This document shows positions 48,332 to 58,167 of a stretch of 64,000 bases of DNA, one piece after another. The position numbers and the translations under genes were made by a program. The notes beneath the pieces were generated by a model that was not told the origin of the DNA, did not search any database, and worked only from the letters and a program-made list of their open reading frames with translations. Each line of letters opens with the position of its first letter. Position 1 is the stretch's first letter. The stretch is from the IMG/VR virus record IMGVR_UViG_3300027734_003164, positions 128,001-192,000 of that record. One strand, 5' to 3'. Origin of the DNA: a virus. Its lineage: Duplodnaviria > Caudoviricetes.

Positions 48332-49113
48332 TTAAAAATTTAAATAAACCAATTTTTATCATTGCTCATAAATATTTTAGAGGTTATGAGTCATATAGTG
48401 AATATTATGTACAAACCATACAAAAATTTTATGAAGACTCTCTTATAATTTTTGTCGATAATAACTCAAACCACAAAGAAGACATTTTTGTAAATTTAAG
48501 AAAATATAAAAATGTGATATTATTAGATAATAATATAGAGTGTAAATTTGAAATTGGCGCATATCAAGTTGGTTTAAAATACCTTCTGGATAATTCATTA
48601 ATTAATGATTATTCATACATTGTTTTAACACAAGACACGTTCATATTGAAAAATAAATTAGATTTCAAGGAACTCCATAATGAAAACGTTAAGGCCTGTA
48701 CTATAAATTCATACTTCCAAGATGGTATGTTACAAGGTATATCAAATGAGGTACTATCAAAATTAGGATTACTAGATAATTTAGACAAATGTACTTTTTG
48801 TTGGTGTTGTAGTTTTATTATATCATCCTCAAAAACTGAACAGTTATATGATTATTTTAAACAAATAGTAATAACAAATAGAACTGAAAGTTGTGCTGCG
48901 GAAAGATATTTGGCTAGAATTTTATGGGAATTAAATGACCATAAAAATTATGATATTGATGGCGATATACGGCACTTAGGGGACGTGTGGAATAATATAC
49001 CGAATCCAAACCCTAAATATGATTGTCACTCAGTTAATCCTTTTGATGAAAATATAAAAACTTTTTTTGTTAAAAGAGCCCAACAAAAAACGGAACAAAC
49101 AGTAGATAGATGA
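48322..49113 (+). CDS. Hypothetical glycan-related protein (GT-A-like)
   Basis: FVDNNS, FEIGAY, LTQDT, ERYL; operon context. Confidence 0.5.
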   Translation: MDVIKNLNKPIFIIAHKYFRGYESYSEYYVQTIQKFYEDSLIIFVDNNSNHKEDIFVNLRKYKNVILLDNNIECKFEIGAYQVGLKYLLDNSLINDYSYIVLTQDTFILKNKLDFKELHNENVKACTINSYFQDGMLQGISNEVLSKLGLLDNLDKCTFCWCCSFIISSSKTEQLYDYFKQIVITNRTESCAAERYLARILWELNDHKNYDIDGDIRHLGDVWNNIPNPNPKYDCHSVNPFDENIKTFFVKRAQQKTEQTVDR

Positions 49114-49997
49114 TTATTGAAAAAATTAATAACAGTTTTTTATATTACACAGATACTCAGGTTATACATACTAGAGAGTATTATAACTACATAGTTGGTT
49201 TGTTAAAAAATTGGTTAAATAGTAGTACTGAGGACATAAACATTATCTTTGGTGATTATTATTTTGACTTTAAAAATAATAATAAAACAATAAAGATTGA
49301 CATACAATGTGAACATACCTTAGTAAAAGAAGGGGGTAGGTCTGTTAATGATATAATATATGGTAATGTAAAAAATTCAGATGGGGTTTATTTAGTACGT
49401 ATTGATAAATTTAACTATCTTAATTCATTAGACTATATTATTGAGTATAGTTTGCCTAATGTTGAGAACATTAGGTCTTGCGGTAAATTCCAAAACTTTT
49501 TATCAAAAGTAATTTACGTACCTCCTATTTTATACCAACTCAATTTTAGTGGTGATAAAACTAAAGTAATTACATTATTTGATTCAAAATCTAACTTTAG
49601 GAGAATAAGCACTTTAACACAAATGAGTAAGTTAGGTATTGATAATACCACGGTAGGTGACTGTTTTTCAAATGAATGTTTATTAGACTTATATAATAAA
49701 ACAAAAATAATGGTAAACGTACATCAGACAGACCACCATCATACTTTTGAAGAATTACGTGTTTTACCAGCATTACTTAATGGTGTTATCATTGTTAGTG
49801 AAGATGTTCCATTAAAAGAAAAAATACCATACAATCAATATATCATTTGGGCCAATTACGACGATATACCAAGTAAAACTAAAGAAGTAATTGATAACTA
49901 TGATTTTTATTATGATAAAATATTCAATGACCCAAAACTTTTAGATATATTAAATGATATGAAATATAAAAATAAAAATTTGTTTAAATCACTTTAA
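49110..49997 (+). CDS. Hypothetical GT-B-like protein
   Basis: KI.VNVH...FEELR.LPALL.G..IVSE donor-binding-like motif. Confidence 0.55.
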   Translation: MIIEKINNSFLYYTDTQVIHTREYYNYIVGLLKNWLNSSTEDINIIFGDYYFDFKNNNKTIKIDIQCEHTLVKEGGRSVNDIIYGNVKNSDGVYLVRIDKFNYLNSLDYIIEYSLPNVENIRSCGKFQNFLSKVIYVPPILYQLNFSGDKTKVITLFDSKSNFRRISTLTQMSKLGIDNTTVGDCFSNECLLDLYNKTKIMVNVHQTDHHHTFEELRVLPALLNGVIIVSEDVPLKEKIPYNQYIIWANYDDIPSKTKEVIDNYDFYYDKIFNDPKLLDILNDMKYKNKNLFKSL

Positions 49998-50000
49998 CAT

Positions 50001-51455
50001 ATGAAAGTTGCACTATTAATTGCCGGTTATATAAGAAATTATGAAACAAGTATTGAGTTTATACAGAATGAGATAATTAAAAAATTTGACAATGTTGATG
50101 TATATTTACACATTACAAAAAGTGAAAATATTGAGGATAAATACCTAAATCAAATAGAGGATTCGGATATTCAAAAAATAGTGGAAGGGCTCAACCCAAT
50201 AACCACTATTGTTGAAAATAACCAATTATATGTTGATGACAATAGAATTAATAATGTAATAAATCTTTGGGCTAAGTTGTATAAACTAAATGAAATAAAA
50301 TCTATCCGAGAATCGGAATCAACCGATTATGATTTAGTAATACGTTACCGATTAGATTTAAACATTCTAACTAAGAATCTATTTGGCATCTTAATTGAGG
50401 ATGATATTGTATATCTACCTTTAGATGCTAAAATGGATAAAACCAGACTTACTAATTCTGACGATGGATACCTTTGTGATGCTCTCGCATTTGGTAGGTC
50501 AAAAATAATGAATAAATATTTTGATATTTATGAATTTTATGGTAATAAATTTTTACCTGTATCTGAAACATCGTTATTTGAATATTTAACAAATAATAAT
50601 ATTTGTTTCAAACAAATAGACATTAAATATAACTTCTTATTGTCTAAGTGTAATATTTTTGCAATTTGCGGCGATTCAGGCTCAGGAAAATCTACATTAA
50701 GCACACTATTAAAAAATTGTTATAATAATTCTTTCACTTTAGAATGTGATAGGTATCATAAATGGGAGCGTCATAATAAAAATTGGGAGCAAACAACTCA
50801 TTTAAACCCAAAAGCAAATTACATCACCAAAATGGAAGAAGATATTTTTAATTTAAAATTAGGTAATGAAATTTATCAAGTAGATTACGACCATCACAGT
50901 GGAAAGTTTACTGAAAAGCAATTAATTAACCCATCGGATAATCTCATAGTTTGTGGATTACATAGTTTGTATGGGGATAATAATCTTTATGATTTAAAAA
51001 TTTTCATGGACACTGATAATGAGTTGAAAAAAAAATGGAAAGTTAAACGTGACGTATTAGAAAGAGGATATAGTATCGATAAAGTATTGGAAAGTATCGA
51101 AAAAAGACAGAAAGACTTCAATATGTTTATAAAACCTCAAAGAGAAAATGCCGACCTTGTAGTACGTTTTTTTAGTAAAGATGAAATAGATTACACTAAT
51201 TTAAATAATAAAGAATCCTTAAGTTTAGAAATTTCAATAGGAGAAAACTGTAAAAACCTAAAAACCGTTTTAAAAGACCTTGAAGATTTAAATATTGAGT
51301 ATAGATTTAAAAAAAATAATAATTTTATAAGTATAATTTTTGACGAGTACACGGAACTAAACGTTAAAGACGGAGGTTTTTTAACTAATAACAAAACAAA
51401 TAGTTTTTACGACATAATACTATATCTTATTTTTCATCTCAACTTTACTGTTTAA
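50001..51455 (+). CDS. Fusion: putative glycosyltransferase-like domain plus phosphoribulokinase/uridine-kinase-family kinase
   Basis: N-half KVALLIAG..R...DVY.H...YDLVIRYRLD; C-half GDSGSGKST, DRYH, NPKAN, YDH.SG, GLH, WK..RD..ERG...I.PQ...ADLV (PRK-like). Confidence 0.75.
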   Translation: MKVALLIAGYIRNYETSIEFIQNEIIKKFDNVDVYLHITKSENIEDKYLNQIEDSDIQKIVEGLNPITTIVENNQLYVDDNRINNVINLWAKLYKLNEIKSIRESESTDYDLVIRYRLDLNILTKNLFGILIEDDIVYLPLDAKMDKTRLTNSDDGYLCDALAFGRSKIMNKYFDIYEFYGNKFLPVSETSLFEYLTNNNICFKQIDIKYNFLLSKCNIFAICGDSGSGKSTLSTLLKNCYNNSFTLECDRYHKWERHNKNWEQTTHLNPKANYITKMEEDIFNLKLGNEIYQVDYDHHSGKFTEKQLINPSDNLIVCGLHSLYGDNNLYDLKIFMDTDNELKKKWKVKRDVLERGYSIDKVLESIEKRQKDFNMFIKPQRENADLVVRFFSKDEIDYTNLNNKESLSLEISIGENCKNLKTVLKDLEDLNIEYRFKKNNNFISIIFDEYTELNVKDGGFLTNNKTNSFYDIILYLIFHLNFTV

Positions 51456-51479
51456 TTTTTTTATCTTATTTTTCTTAAA

Positions 51480-52151
51480 ATGAAGTTATTCAAAAATAAT
51501 ACTATTAAAAAACTTATCAACTTATCTAATCAAATAAGTAAGTATTGTGTTGGTATGGAGGGTAATGTGTCAGGAAAAGATGGTGATTTTTTCTACATAA
51601 AGGCAAGCGGTAGCCATCTTTATGAGTTAGGTTTAAATGATTTAGTAAAATATGACTTTAATGGTAATCAGTTAAATAATTTTAAAAAAAAAGGTAGTAT
51701 GGAGTTAGGATTTCATACCTTTTTACTTACTTATGAAAATATAAATTTTATTTCCCATACACACCCCAGTAAGACAGTTTCAATACTATCAAGTGATAAA
51801 ATTTTAGAATTTGCCAATGAACGCATATTTCCTGACCAAGTTATTTTTAATGGGGAAAAATCATGTATAGTTCCTTATGCAAAACCAGGGGATGAACTAA
51901 CGAAATTTATTAAAAAATATGTCACAGAATTTATTAATGAAAATAATACATTTCCTAAATTAATTTTACTTCAAAATCACGGCATTATCGCATGTGGTTC
52001 TACAATTGAAGAGTGTACGATAATTTCAGACATTTGTGAAAAGTCTGCAGAAATTTTTCTAAGTTCACCTAAAATAAATTTTCTTAGAAAACAAGACATA
52101 AATAGTTTGTTAGATGACGAAAAAGAAAAATATAGAAAATCATTATTATGA
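51480..52151 (+). CDS. Class II aldolase / epimerase family protein
   Basis: EGNVS, SME..FH, HTHP, NHG Zn-binding motifs. Confidence 0.85.
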   Translation: MKLFKNNTIKKLINLSNQISKYCVGMEGNVSGKDGDFFYIKASGSHLYELGLNDLVKYDFNGNQLNNFKKKGSMELGFHTFLLTYENINFISHTHPSKTVSILSSDKILEFANERIFPDQVIFNGEKSCIVPYAKPGDELTKFIKKYVTEFINENNTFPKLILLQNHGIIACGSTIEECTIISDICEKSAEIFLSSPKINFLRKQDINSLLDDEKEKYRKSLL

Positions 52152-52867
52152 ATAGAGAAGGAATAAGTTTAGGTTGGAATTGCTCCGCAGCCCAAGAAGC
52201 GTTGTCAATTGGATTACGAAAAAATAAATCTGATGGATATAACACTTGTCCATTTGATATGATGATATCAAATTATGTAGGTCTTTGTGAATGTATTAAG
52301 GACGACTTTAAACATTTTTGTGACCCCAAATATATAGAACTACGTCCGGCGCCTAAAATGAACAAACATATACCAAATCAAAAAGATGATGAATTATGGG
52401 TTTATAATACATATTATAATTTTGTATTTAATCACGAATCTCCATATCATGGCAATCTTTATTTAAATGAAACTTGGTCTAGTCCTTATCATTTTGTTGA
52501 AAATGATTTTAAAAATTTTATAGAAAGATATAGTAAAAGAATAGAAAGTTTTAGAAACTATTTAAATGGTAATAATTTTATTGATTTTGTTTTAGTTCGT
52601 TATAATTCAGTACCTTATGAATTAGAAAATATTATAAAAGAAAAATACCCAAACTTAAAATTTAAGATACATACAATATCAAGATTTACAAATAATAATA
52701 TTGGACATTTATATAATTGTACAATTGATGGAGGCGTTAGTTATGAAATGGATTATTTGGAATATATGGGCATAAATCAAAATAATAACCCAATGGAAAT
52801 AAAAAGATACCTTTCTGATTTTAATAATTTAATCGGAGATATAAATGAAAATATAACAATAATATGA
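52148..52867 (+). CDS. DUF1796-like (putative papain-like) protein
   Basis: ISLGWNC......GLR....PFD. Confidence 0.55.
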   Translation: MNREGISLGWNCSAAQEALSIGLRKNKSDGYNTCPFDMMISNYVGLCECIKDDFKHFCDPKYIELRPAPKMNKHIPNQKDDELWVYNTYYNFVFNHESPYHGNLYLNETWSSPYHFVENDFKNFIERYSKRIESFRNYLNGNNFIDFVLVRYNSVPYELENIIKEKYPNLKFKIHTISRFTNNNIGHLYNCTIDGGVSYEMDYLEYMGINQNNNPMEIKRYLSDFNNLIGDINENITII

Positions 52868-53163
52868 ATTTAAAAGTAATATATGTTGACATAGATGAGA
52901 CTATTTGTAAAACGTCTGAGGATAGGAAGTATGAAAACTCAACTCCAATCTATGAAAATATTGAAAAAATAAATAATCTATACGAACAGGGACATACTAT
53001 AGTTTACTGGACCGCTAGAGGTAGTAGAAAACAATTAAACTGGTATGATTTAACATATAATCAATTAAATATGTGGGGTGCCAAGTTTCATGAATTAAGG
53101 GTCGATAAACCATATTATGATGTCTTTGTAGATGATAAAACACTAAGAATTGAAGAAATATGA
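52864..53163 (+). CDS. Small HAD phosphatase (EcbF/BcbF capsule-biosynthesis type)
   Basis: VDIDETIC, YWTARG, KP..D.FVDDK; 99 aa. Confidence 0.8.
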   Translation: MNLKVIYVDIDETICKTSEDRKYENSTPIYENIEKINNLYEQGHTIVYWTARGSRKQLNWYDLTYNQLNMWGAKFHELRVDKPYYDVFVDDKTLRIEEI

Positions 53164-53615
53164 AAATTATATCTCACAGAGGAAACATAAACGGACCTAT
53201 ACCAAAAAAAGAAAATAGACCATCGTATATTGATTCGGCAATACAACTCGGATATGAGGTTGAAATTGACTTAAGGGTTATTAATAATGAGTTTTGGTTA
53301 GGTCATGACGAACCTCAATATAAAATTGAATTGTTATGGATGCGTTTAAGAAAAGAAAAATTATGGTTTCATTGTAAAGATATGGAATCCGCACTTATGT
53401 TAGCTTCATTAGATGATGATTTTAAATATTTTTGCCATTCATCTGAACCTTACGTTTGTACAAGTCATAAATATCTATGGATTCATGATTTAACATCAGG
53501 AATAAATGATAAATGCATAATTCCTCTTTTATCTAAAGATGATATTATGAACTATAAAAACAATAAACCTTACGCGATATGTACCGATTTTGTTAACACT
53601 ATAACTTTAAAATGA
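53160..53615 (+). CDS. GDPD / PLC-like phosphodiesterase-family protein
   Basis: ISHRGN...EN, VEIDL, GHD.P, HCKD. Confidence 0.7.
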   Translation: MKIISHRGNINGPIPKKENRPSYIDSAIQLGYEVEIDLRVINNEFWLGHDEPQYKIELLWMRLRKEKLWFHCKDMESALMLASLDDDFKYFCHSSEPYVCTSHKYLWIHDLTSGINDKCIIPLLSKDDIMNYKNNKPYAICTDFVNTITLK

Positions 53616-53817
53616 AAAAAATTTTAATAGTAGTTAGTGGTGAATGTTTTAAAAGTGGTGGTAGTAACAATAGAAACAGGGGAGATAATGAGTTTTCAAA
53701 TGAACAACAAAAAATAGCAATAGAATCACATATATAGTAGAAAATTGTAACTATTATGACGATTTAAGACTTAATGAGTTTTTAGAAAATCCAGATTTAT
53801 ATAAATTTTACACATGA
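53612..53817 (+). pseudogene. Internally deleted gene: 41-aa N-terminal piece plus out-of-frame 28-aa C-terminal piece
   Basis: MKKILIVVSGECFKSGG...SHI* (53612..53737) begins with an ATGA overlap; a second frame YIVENCNYYDDLRLNEFLENPDLYKFYT* ends in an ATGA overlap with 53814. Confidence 0.7.
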
Positions 53818-54710
53818 GAAATAATGTTATTTTAATTCCCCCAAACCACGCTTTTGGTGATGTTTTGTCTGCAATTAGTATGGTTTATTATCTATTATCG
53901 TATTATAAAAAAGTTTACTTTTACATTAAAGTTGAAAGAGAAAATTATGCGGTTCCTAACTACTATAATCATTATTTTAGGTTTGACCCTTTGTTTAATC
54001 ATAGAATTTTTATTACAGTTAATGCTGATGAATTAATAAATAATTCACAATATGGAGAATACGATATTATTAATATGTCAACAGGAGATTGGCAATCAGC
54101 AAAAACTGATTTTTATAAAGAAACAAAAATAGATAAAAGTTTTTATTTTAATGATTTAAATCCGTTATATAACTCTTTAAATATTCCAGTTGAGCATCAA
54201 ACAAACCCCAATACTCATTTACCAAATCAAAATGTTGAAGTAAATCATTTATTTTATTATAAATTAATTGGATTAAACAATAATGTAAGGATGAATTATT
54301 TTAATTATTATAGAAACATAGAACATGAAATGCAATTTTCTAAAATTGTATTGGAGAGACATGGTTTACAATTAGGGGATAAATATAATATTGTAAATAA
54401 TCCAGTAGGGGGAGCACAGGTAGTTCAAAATAGAATTAATAACAATTACCCAATCATAAATATTAGTCACGCATCTCCTTGTATAGGTTATCTTATGTCA
54501 TTAGTTGAAAACGCAGAAAGTATTCATTTTATAGAAGGTAATAATGTAAATTTTTTCTATCATTCACAATATAAAGGTATTTTTAAATACAATAAAATAA
54601 TAAATTTTTATGTTTATCTTAGAAACAGAAATTGGGAAGGGTTTAATTTAGATTATGCATGGAAAATGATGGATGAACCGAGACTACAGAATTGGAACTT
54701 TTTATTTTAA
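53814..54710 (+). CDS. Hypothetical glycosyltransferase-like protein
   Basis: HAFGDV N-terminal motif reminiscent of GT-B enzymes; operon context. Confidence 0.5.
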   Translation: MRNNVILIPPNHAFGDVLSAISMVYYLLSYYKKVYFYIKVERENYAVPNYYNHYFRFDPLFNHRIFITVNADELINNSQYGEYDIINMSTGDWQSAKTDFYKETKIDKSFYFNDLNPLYNSLNIPVEHQTNPNTHLPNQNVEVNHLFYYKLIGLNNNVRMNYFNYYRNIEHEMQFSKIVLERHGLQLGDKYNIVNNPVGGAQVVQNRINNNYPIINISHASPCIGYLMSLVENAESIHFIEGNNVNFFYHSQYKGIFKYNKIINFYVYLRNRNWEGFNLDYAWKMMDEPRLQNWNFLF

Positions 54711-54727
54711 AAAACAAAATTAAAAAA

Positions 54728-56278
54728 ATGAAAAATAATATACACCTAATTATCCCCATGTCGGGGATAGGAAAAAGATTTATCGATTATGGATATGACA
54801 CACCCAAACCACTTATTGAAGTAGACGGTAAACCAATTATTGAACACGTAGTAGGATTATTTCCAGGTATTGAAAAACTTTCTTTTATATGCAATCAAAC
54901 ACATTTAAGGGACACAAATATGAGGAAAATTTTAAATAAAATAGCCCCTAATTCAAATATTATTGAAGTTCCTGATAATATGAAAAAGGGACCAGTCTAT
55001 GCAGTTTCAAAAGTATTTGACCATATTGATGATAATGAAGAAGTAATTTTTAGTTATTGTGACTATAGTAGTGTTTGGGATTTTAAAAAATTTTTAAAAG
55101 AAAAAGATAATTATGATGGGTTAATACCCTCATACATTGGATTTCATCCTCATATGTTAGGTTCAGATAATTACGCATTTTCAAAAATGGATGGTGACTA
55201 CGTAAAAGAAATACGAGAAAAACGACCATTCACCGATAATAAAATGAATGAGTATGCATCAAATGGCACGTATTATTTTAAATCAGGCTCAATGGTTAAA
55301 AAATACTTCAAAGATTTAATTGATTTAGATATAAATGTTAATGGTGAGTATTATATAAGTTTAGTATATAATTTATTAATACAGGATGGTTTAAAAGTTG
55401 GTGTTTTTGAAATAGATAAAATGCTGCAGTGGGGAACTCCTTATGATTTAGAGGTTTATAAAAAATGGTCTAATTTTTTTAAAAAACCAAAAATGAAAAC
55501 AGTTAACACCCCAAAAGACACAACACTGGTATTACCAATGGCCGGAGACGGTAGTAGATTCAAAGAAGAAAAATACACATTACCAAAACCATTATTAGAT
55601 GTTAATGGAGTTCCTATGGTGATTAATGCCGTCAACGATTTACCATTATGTAATGATAAAATCTTCATAGTAAAAAATGAACACATTAATGAATATGGTA
55701 TAGATGAGGTTATAAAAAAACATTTTGACTCAAAAATTATTCGGATAGATACATTAACTGAAGGTCAAGCATGTACCTGTGAAATAGGTCTAAAAGATTT
55801 TGATGAAAACAAACCGATACTCATTTCCGCATGTGATAATGGAATATACTACGACACCAAAATGTGTCAAGAATTATTGATGGATGAATCAATAGATGTT
55901 TTAGTATGGTCATTTAGGAATAACCAAACAAGTAAGGTGAACCCTAATGCCTATGCGTGGTTAAAGGTTAATTCCGATAATAATATAGAACACGTATCTT
56001 GTAAAAAATTTATTTATGATGACCCACTAAAAACTCATGCGATAATAGGAACTATGTTTTTTAGAAAGGCGAAGTATTTTTTAGAAGGATTACAAAAAAA
56101 TATTAAAGAAAATATACGTACAAATAATGAGTTCTATGTTGATGACGTATTAAATCAAAACATTAAAGATGGTCTTACTGTTAAAGTTTTTGAAGTTGAG
56201 GATTATATATGTTGGGGAACACCTAACGACTATAAAACTTATAATTACTGGAAAGAGTATTTTGATAGGAGTAAATAA
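54728..56278 (+). CDS. Tandem double nucleotidyltransferase (two NTP_transferase domains)
   Basis: IIPMSGIGKRF..GY..PKPLI...WGTPYDL and VLPMAGDGSRF...Y..PKPLL...WGTPNDY; start set at MKNNIH. Confidence 0.85.
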   Translation: MKNNIHLIIPMSGIGKRFIDYGYDTPKPLIEVDGKPIIEHVVGLFPGIEKLSFICNQTHLRDTNMRKILNKIAPNSNIIEVPDNMKKGPVYAVSKVFDHIDDNEEVIFSYCDYSSVWDFKKFLKEKDNYDGLIPSYIGFHPHMLGSDNYAFSKMDGDYVKEIREKRPFTDNKMNEYASNGTYYFKSGSMVKKYFKDLIDLDINVNGEYYISLVYNLLIQDGLKVGVFEIDKMLQWGTPYDLEVYKKWSNFFKKPKMKTVNTPKDTTLVLPMAGDGSRFKEEKYTLPKPLLDVNGVPMVINAVNDLPLCNDKIFIVKNEHINEYGIDEVIKKHFDSKIIRIDTLTEGQACTCEIGLKDFDENKPILISACDNGIYYDTKMCQELLMDESIDVLVWSFRNNQTSKVNPNAYAWLKVNSDNNIEHVSCKKFIYDDPLKTHAIIGTMFFRKAKYFLEGLQKNIKENIRTNNEFYVDDVLNQNIKDGLTVKVFEVEDYICWGTPNDYKTYNYWKEYFDRSK

Positions 56279-56284
56279 AATTAT

Positions 56285-57262
56285 ATGAAAAAAGCACTAA
56301 TAACTGGCATAAATGGTCAGGACGGCTCTTACTTAGCCGAATTATTAATAAGTAAAAACTATGAGGTTTGGGGTACAGTTAAACGTAACTCGGTTTCTGA
56401 AACACAATCCAGTAGAATTGAGCACTTACGGGAAAATAATTTAGTAAATTTAGAATATGCCGATTTAAGTGATATGGCATCTTTAGTAAGAGTCATATCT
56501 AAAGTACAACCTGATGAGGTATATAATTTGGCAGCACAATCACACGTTAGAATAAGTTTTGACCAACCATTATATACTGCAAATGTGACAGGTATTGGTA
56601 CTTTAAACTTATTGGAAGCGGTTAGATTAGTTTCCCCACATTCTAAAATATACCAAGCGTCCTCTTCGGAGATGTTTGGTAATACCATTGATGATGACGG
56701 GTTTCAAAGAGAGACGACCCCAATGAATCCAGTTTCACCATATGGTTGTGCTAAAGTTTTTTCATATAACATATGCAGAAATTATAGAAACTCATATGGT
56801 ATGAAAATATGGAACGGAATTTTATTTAATCATGAATCACCTAGACGAGGGACCAATTTTGTTACTAATAAAGTCGTTAAAGCTGCTGTTAGAATAAGTC
56901 TTGGGTTGCAAGACAAATTGGAAATAGGTAATTTAGATGCGACTAGAGATTGGGGACATGCAAAAGATTACGTTTACGCAATGTGGTTAATGTTGCAATC
57001 TGAAAAGCCAGATGATTATGTTTGCTCAACAGGTATTTCACATTCTGTTAGAGATTTATGTGGTTATGTTTTTAATTCGCTTGGGTTAAATTTTTTAGAC
57101 TATGTTTTAGTTGACGAAAAACATTTTAGACCTGAAGAGTTAGAAAACTTAAAAGGCGATTCTTCAAAACTTAGGTCGGAGTTATTTTGGGAACCAAAAT
57201 ACACGTTTGAGTCAATGTTAGATGAAATGATTAAATATTGGTTAGACTATTATGGAAAATAA
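56285..57262 (+). CDS. gmd: GDP-mannose 4,6-dehydratase
   Basis: LITGINGQDGSYLAE, YNLAAQSHV, YQASSSE, SPYGCAK, FNHESPRRG..FVT.K, RDWGHA.DY. Confidence 0.97.
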   Translation: MKKALITGINGQDGSYLAELLISKNYEVWGTVKRNSVSETQSSRIEHLRENNLVNLEYADLSDMASLVRVISKVQPDEVYNLAAQSHVRISFDQPLYTANVTGIGTLNLLEAVRLVSPHSKIYQASSSEMFGNTIDDDGFQRETTPMNPVSPYGCAKVFSYNICRNYRNSYGMKIWNGILFNHESPRRGTNFVTNKVVKAAVRISLGLQDKLEIGNLDATRDWGHAKDYVYAMWLMLQSEKPDDYVCSTGISHSVRDLCGYVFNSLGLNFLDYVLVDEKHFRPEELENLKGDSSKLRSELFWEPKYTFESMLDEMIKYWLDYYGK

Positions 57263-58163
57263 AATTTTAGTAACAGGAGGGAATGGTTTAGTTGGTCGGG
57301 AATTTGTGGGAGAACAATATTACAAACCAACATCAAAAGAATATAATCTAAAAAATACAGATGACGTAAATCGTTTAATGTTAAAAAGATTTGACAGTGT
57401 AATTCACACTGCAGGTAAAGTTGGTGGGTTAGGAGGGAATATGAATCACAAGGGAGATTTTTTTTATGATAATATTATGATAAATACAAATGTGATTGAA
57501 TCCTCTAGAATCTCCGGAGTAAAAAATTTAGTAGCCTTTTTATCTACATGTGTGTTTCCCGATAATTTAGATTACCCATTAACTGAAAAAAAAATACACA
57601 TGGGACCTCCTCATTTTTCAAATGATGCTTACGCATACGCAAAACGTATGGTTGATGTTCAAATACGGGCATATAAAGAACAATACGGTTTAAATTATAA
57701 ATCAGTCATACCTACTAATATTTATGGTCCAAACGATAATTATGACATTAAAAATGGTCACGTAATTCCTTCACTAATACATAAATGTTATTTAGCGAGA
57801 GAACATAAAACACCACTAACTATTTGGGGTAGTGGGAATCCGCTAAGAGAGTTTATTTTTAGTAGAGATGTTGCTAAATTAACCGAGTGGGTTCTTTTTA
57901 ACTATGACGAAAATGAACCAATAATACTTTCTACCTCGGAGGAGATTTCAATAAAAGAAGTTGTGGGTATAATAGTCGAAATTATGAATTTTAAAGGTGA
58001 AGTTAAGTTTGATACAACAAAACCTGACGGACAATATAGAAAACCTTCAGACAACTCCAAAATTAAAAGTTATTTACCTGACTTTAATTTTACAAACCTT
58101 TTTGATGGATTAAAAGAAACTATTGAATATTTTGAAAAATACTATAATGTTGTAAGAAAATAA
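57252..58163 (+). CDS. fcl: GDP-L-fucose synthase
   Basis: VTGGNGLVG, KVGG.G.N, FLSTCVFP, YAYAKR, TNIYGPNDN, HVIP.L, WG.G.PLREF, KPDG. Confidence 0.95.
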   Translation: MENKILVTGGNGLVGREFVGEQYYKPTSKEYNLKNTDDVNRLMLKRFDSVIHTAGKVGGLGGNMNHKGDFFYDNIMINTNVIESSRISGVKNLVAFLSTCVFPDNLDYPLTEKKIHMGPPHFSNDAYAYAKRMVDVQIRAYKEQYGLNYKSVIPTNIYGPNDNYDIKNGHVIPSLIHKCYLAREHKTPLTIWGSGNPLREFIFSRDVAKLTEWVLFNYDENEPIILSTSEEISIKEVVGIIVEIMNFKGEVKFDTTKPDGQYRKPSDNSKIKSYLPDFNFTNLFDGLKETIEYFEKYYNVVRK

Positions 58164-58167
58164 CCAA

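Noticed and set aside
51444-51474. Possible internal promoter TTTA-N19-TATTTTTC before the aldolase
   Set aside because: Two mismatches to the pattern in a T-rich stretch; indistinguishable from background
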